From Leidyana gryllorum EB-2025a (taxonomy: Eukaryota; Protista; Apicomplexa), in NCBI GenBank assembly GCA_048772705.1, contig JBLWGC010000130.1, positions 1 through 7,542 on the forward strand: a stretch of DNA of 7,542 bases. The letters are read 5' to 3'. The first letter of the stretch is position 1. Every line of letters begins with the position of its first letter. The notes under the pieces are model-generated. The model made no database searches, was not told the origin of the DNA, and saw only the letters and a program-made list of their open reading frames with translations. Positions 5,909 to 7,542 of this stretch are shown here, one piece after another. Made by a program: the position numbers and the translations under genes.

Positions 5909-6004
5909 GTCTGATAGTTGTTGACGCAACACGGCACTCGACCCATACAGCTAAGACAGGATCTGAGTTGTTGACTCAATAGGCTGCAACTCGGCCATTC
6001 GTCC

Positions 6005-6077
6005 AGACGCTACTGGGACTCGAACCCAGAACCCCCGGTTCCGTAGACCGATGCCATATCCATTAGGCCATAGCGCC
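6005..6077 (-). tRNA. trnR-ACG: tRNA-Arg(ACG)
   Basis: Reverse complement of 625-697 with one variable-loop difference. Confidence 0.95.
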
Positions 6078-6347
6078 GACTAGCGGAGCCGTCAAATGGG
6101 AGTGTGTAGCGATCAAGACAGGACATGGGCAGCTACGCCCGATGGTGGGTGTGGGCAGACTTCACCCACATCTCCCATTCGAGACATCGGGGACATACTA
6201 TCCAAGCCAGGATTCGGGCCTGGGTATGCACGGCCACAACTTGCTGTTGTAAGCACCTAGACGACCCGCACAATCTTCAAGTGAGGCTGGTGGGTACCAA
6301 AGCCACTTAAGATGTCGGGCTATCGGGTTTTTTGTCCTTGCATTCCT

Positions 6348-6420
6348 GCCGCCCTAGCTCAGTCGGTAGAGCGCAAGACTTTTAATCTTGCAGTCGCGGG
6401 TTCGAGCCCCGCGGGCGGTG
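6348..6420 (+). tRNA. trnK-TTT: tRNA-Lys(TTT)
   Basis: GCCGCCC...GGGCGGT-G; anticodon arm CAAGA-CT-TTT-AA-TCTTG; T-loop TTCGAGC. Confidence 0.96.
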
Positions 6421-6480
6421 CAAATCAATGTCTCTGGGAGTAGGAATGGAACCGTTGCCTACAAGCACACTCTGCTGGAT

Positions 6481-6553
6481 TTCCACTGCCGGGACTTGAA
6501 CCCGGATCGTGCGGGTGAGAGCCGCATATCCGAGCCATTTAGACTACAGTGGA
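6481..6553 (-). tRNA. trnE-CTC: tRNA-Glu(CTC)
   Basis: TCCACTG...CAGTGGA-A; anticodon arm TGCGG-CT-CTC-AC-CCGCA; T-loop TTCAAGT. Confidence 0.93.
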
Positions 6554-6639
6554 CGAGACACAACAGTTGCACTGACGAATGAGGCGCCAGATAACTGTGA
6601 GTCGGTCTCAGATGGAAAGTTCACCTAGGTTTGGCGGGC

Positions 6640-6686
6640 GGGCGGCTATCTCAAGTGGTAGAGCGGTGACTTTGCACGCGAGAGGT
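6640..6686 (+). pseudogene. tRNA-Ala(TGC) 3'-truncated pseudogene
   Basis: GGGCGGCTATCTCAAGTGGTAGAGCGGTGACTTTGCACGCGAGAGGT aligns with the 5' two-thirds of 4849-4921; no T arm. Confidence 0.78.
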
Positions 6687-6770
6687 CAGTTAGACATCTG
6701 TCAATGCCGCAGGGCAGGCTGAACATGGGGGCATTTGGTCACTCCTCGCGGCATGTCGAATTCGACAGTT

Positions 6771-6852
6771 GGCAACTTGCCCGAGTGGTTAAGGGGGTAG
6801 ACTTGAAATCTACTGGGCCTGGCCCGCGCTGGTTCAAATCCAGCAGTTGTCG
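6771..6852 (+). tRNA. trnS-TGA: tRNA-Ser(TGA)
   Basis: 82 nt; anticodon arm GTAGA-CT-TGA-AA-TCTAC; variable arm GGGCCTGGCCC; G73. Confidence 0.96.
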
Positions 6853-6934
6853 TGCGATCTGATTGGAGGGGCAGACAACAACTCACTCCTGAAACCCCAG
6901 AATTGTGCCTCAATCAACCATCTGCCATCTTCTC

Positions 6935-7005
6935 TGCATCTGCCGGGAATCGAACCTGGGTCGTCTCGGTGGCAACGAAACATTCTACCACTAGACCACA
7001 GATGC
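6935..7005 (-). tRNA. trnG-GCC: tRNA-Gly(GCC), one T-stem mismatch
   Basis: Anticodon arm TTTCG-TT-GCC-AC-CGAGA; three differences from 2522-2592. Confidence 0.9.
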
Positions 7006-7100
7006 ATGACTCGTTGTTGTTCAAGCTCGTGCACAATAACGGCCGTTTTGCTTCAAATGAGAAGACAGAATCGAGTTGAGCGAGTATGACGGGCAGTTCT

Positions 7101-7172
7101 GGGTACGTAGCTCAGTGGTAGAGCAGCTGACTGCAGATCAGCAAGTCCGTGGTTCAACTCCGCGCGTGCCCT
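7101..7172 (+). tRNA. trnC-GCA: tRNA-Cys(GCA)
   Basis: GGGTACG...CGTGCCC-T; anticodon arm GCTGA-CT-GCA-GA-TCAGC; T stem fully paired. Confidence 0.95.
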
Positions 7173-7253
7173 GAAGATGGTTTGGAACGATCGGAGATGT
7201 TGGACCTCCATTCCTGACCACAAGGCAATTAGTTTGGAACGGGAGATGGTTTC

Positions 7254-7325
7254 GGGCCTATGGCGCAACGGTAGCGCGTCTGACTCCAGATCAGAAGGTT
7301 GGGTGTTCGAATCACTCTGGGCTCA
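7254..7325 (+). tRNA. trnW-CCA: tRNA-Trp(CCA)
   Basis: GGGCCTA...TGGGCTC-A; anticodon arm TCTGA-CT-CCA-GA-TCAGA; T-loop TTCGAAT. Confidence 0.96.
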
Positions 7326-7505
7326 ATCAGACTTTATGTTCTTCTCGTATGGGGCGCAACCAAGAATGGGATTCGGACGCACGCCCAGTCGGCGCTGCGC
7401 CGTCACATACGTCCCTGCGAGTGCTACAGCTGTCCGCCCGTGTCTAATTGGCACTGGAGTTCAACGGCGTAGAATTCTAGTGAGTCAGCCATGTGCTATG
7501 TCCTC

Positions 7506-7542
7506 TGCATCTGCCGGGAATCGAAAACGGGTCGTCTCGATG
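7506..7542 (-). tRNA. trnG: tRNA-Gly(GCC-type), 3' half (cut by window end, T stem damaged)
   Basis: Matches 2522-2558 and its flank CATGTGCTAT..TCCTC; GAAAACGGG replaces GAACCCGGG. Confidence 0.75.

Larger units (their letters stand above)
5797..6305. repeat. Pro-Arg-spacer module, inverted copy of 397-794
   Basis: Reverse-complement match to 397-794; this copy keeps the full Pro gene and has about 57 extra bp between Pro and Arg. Confidence 0.92.
6757..7235. repeat. Ser-Gly-Cys module, direct copy of about 2362-2815
   Basis: Same gene order and near-identical spacers as 2362-2815. Confidence 0.93.

Noticed and set aside
6771-6852. Selenocysteine or opal suppressor tRNA
   Set aside because: The anticodon is TGA, which reads Ser UCA, not TCA; the fold is an ordinary Ser cloverleaf. 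No CTA, TTA or TCA anticodons were found.
176-7268. All ORFs in the six-frame track (61-179 aa)
   Set aside because: They are short, overlap tRNA genes or duplicated spacers, contain typical translated-tRNA peptides (PGIEPGS, GFEP) and show no recognisable domain.
1-7542. Bacterial, phage or organellar tRNA array
   Set aside because: No encoded CCA, mixed strands, multiple A34 anticodons, C1-G72 intron-containing Tyr and eukaryotic Ala T-loops argue for eukaryotic cytosolic-type tRNAs. A eukaryotic virus or mobile carrier is not excluded.
1-7542. tRNA-derived SINE family
   Set aside because: Many different isotypes, with no common body, A-rich tail or target-site duplications; duplication units span several genes and both flanks.

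Overview
This window has no credible protein-coding gene. It is a very dense cluster of eukaryotic-type tRNA genes on both strands: 34 full-length or near full-length tRNA genes, 2 more cut by the window edges, and at least 10 decayed remnants in 7.5 kb. Full-length genes cover 17 amino acids (Phe, Arg, Tyr, Asp, Val, Gln, Ser, Gly, Cys, Leu, Ala, Glu, Thr, Asn, Pro, Lys, Trp). Ile is present only as a pseudogene, and Met and His were not found. Eukaryotic origin is indicated by the absence of an encoded CCA, many A34 anticodons (AGA, AAG, AGG, AGT, AGC, ACG), ATCGAT T-loops in tRNA-Ala and a 37/38 intron in tRNA-Tyr. The cluster is built from multi-tRNA modules (Ser-Gly-Cys, Gly-Leu-Asp-Val-Gln, Pro-Arg) duplicated with their spacers in direct, inverted and tandem form. 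The copies show anticodon changes, B-box lesions, short deletions, and a 93-bp inversion bounded by GAATTC sites that splits a tRNA-Ser. All calls were folded by eye, and the organism cannot be named from the sequence alone.
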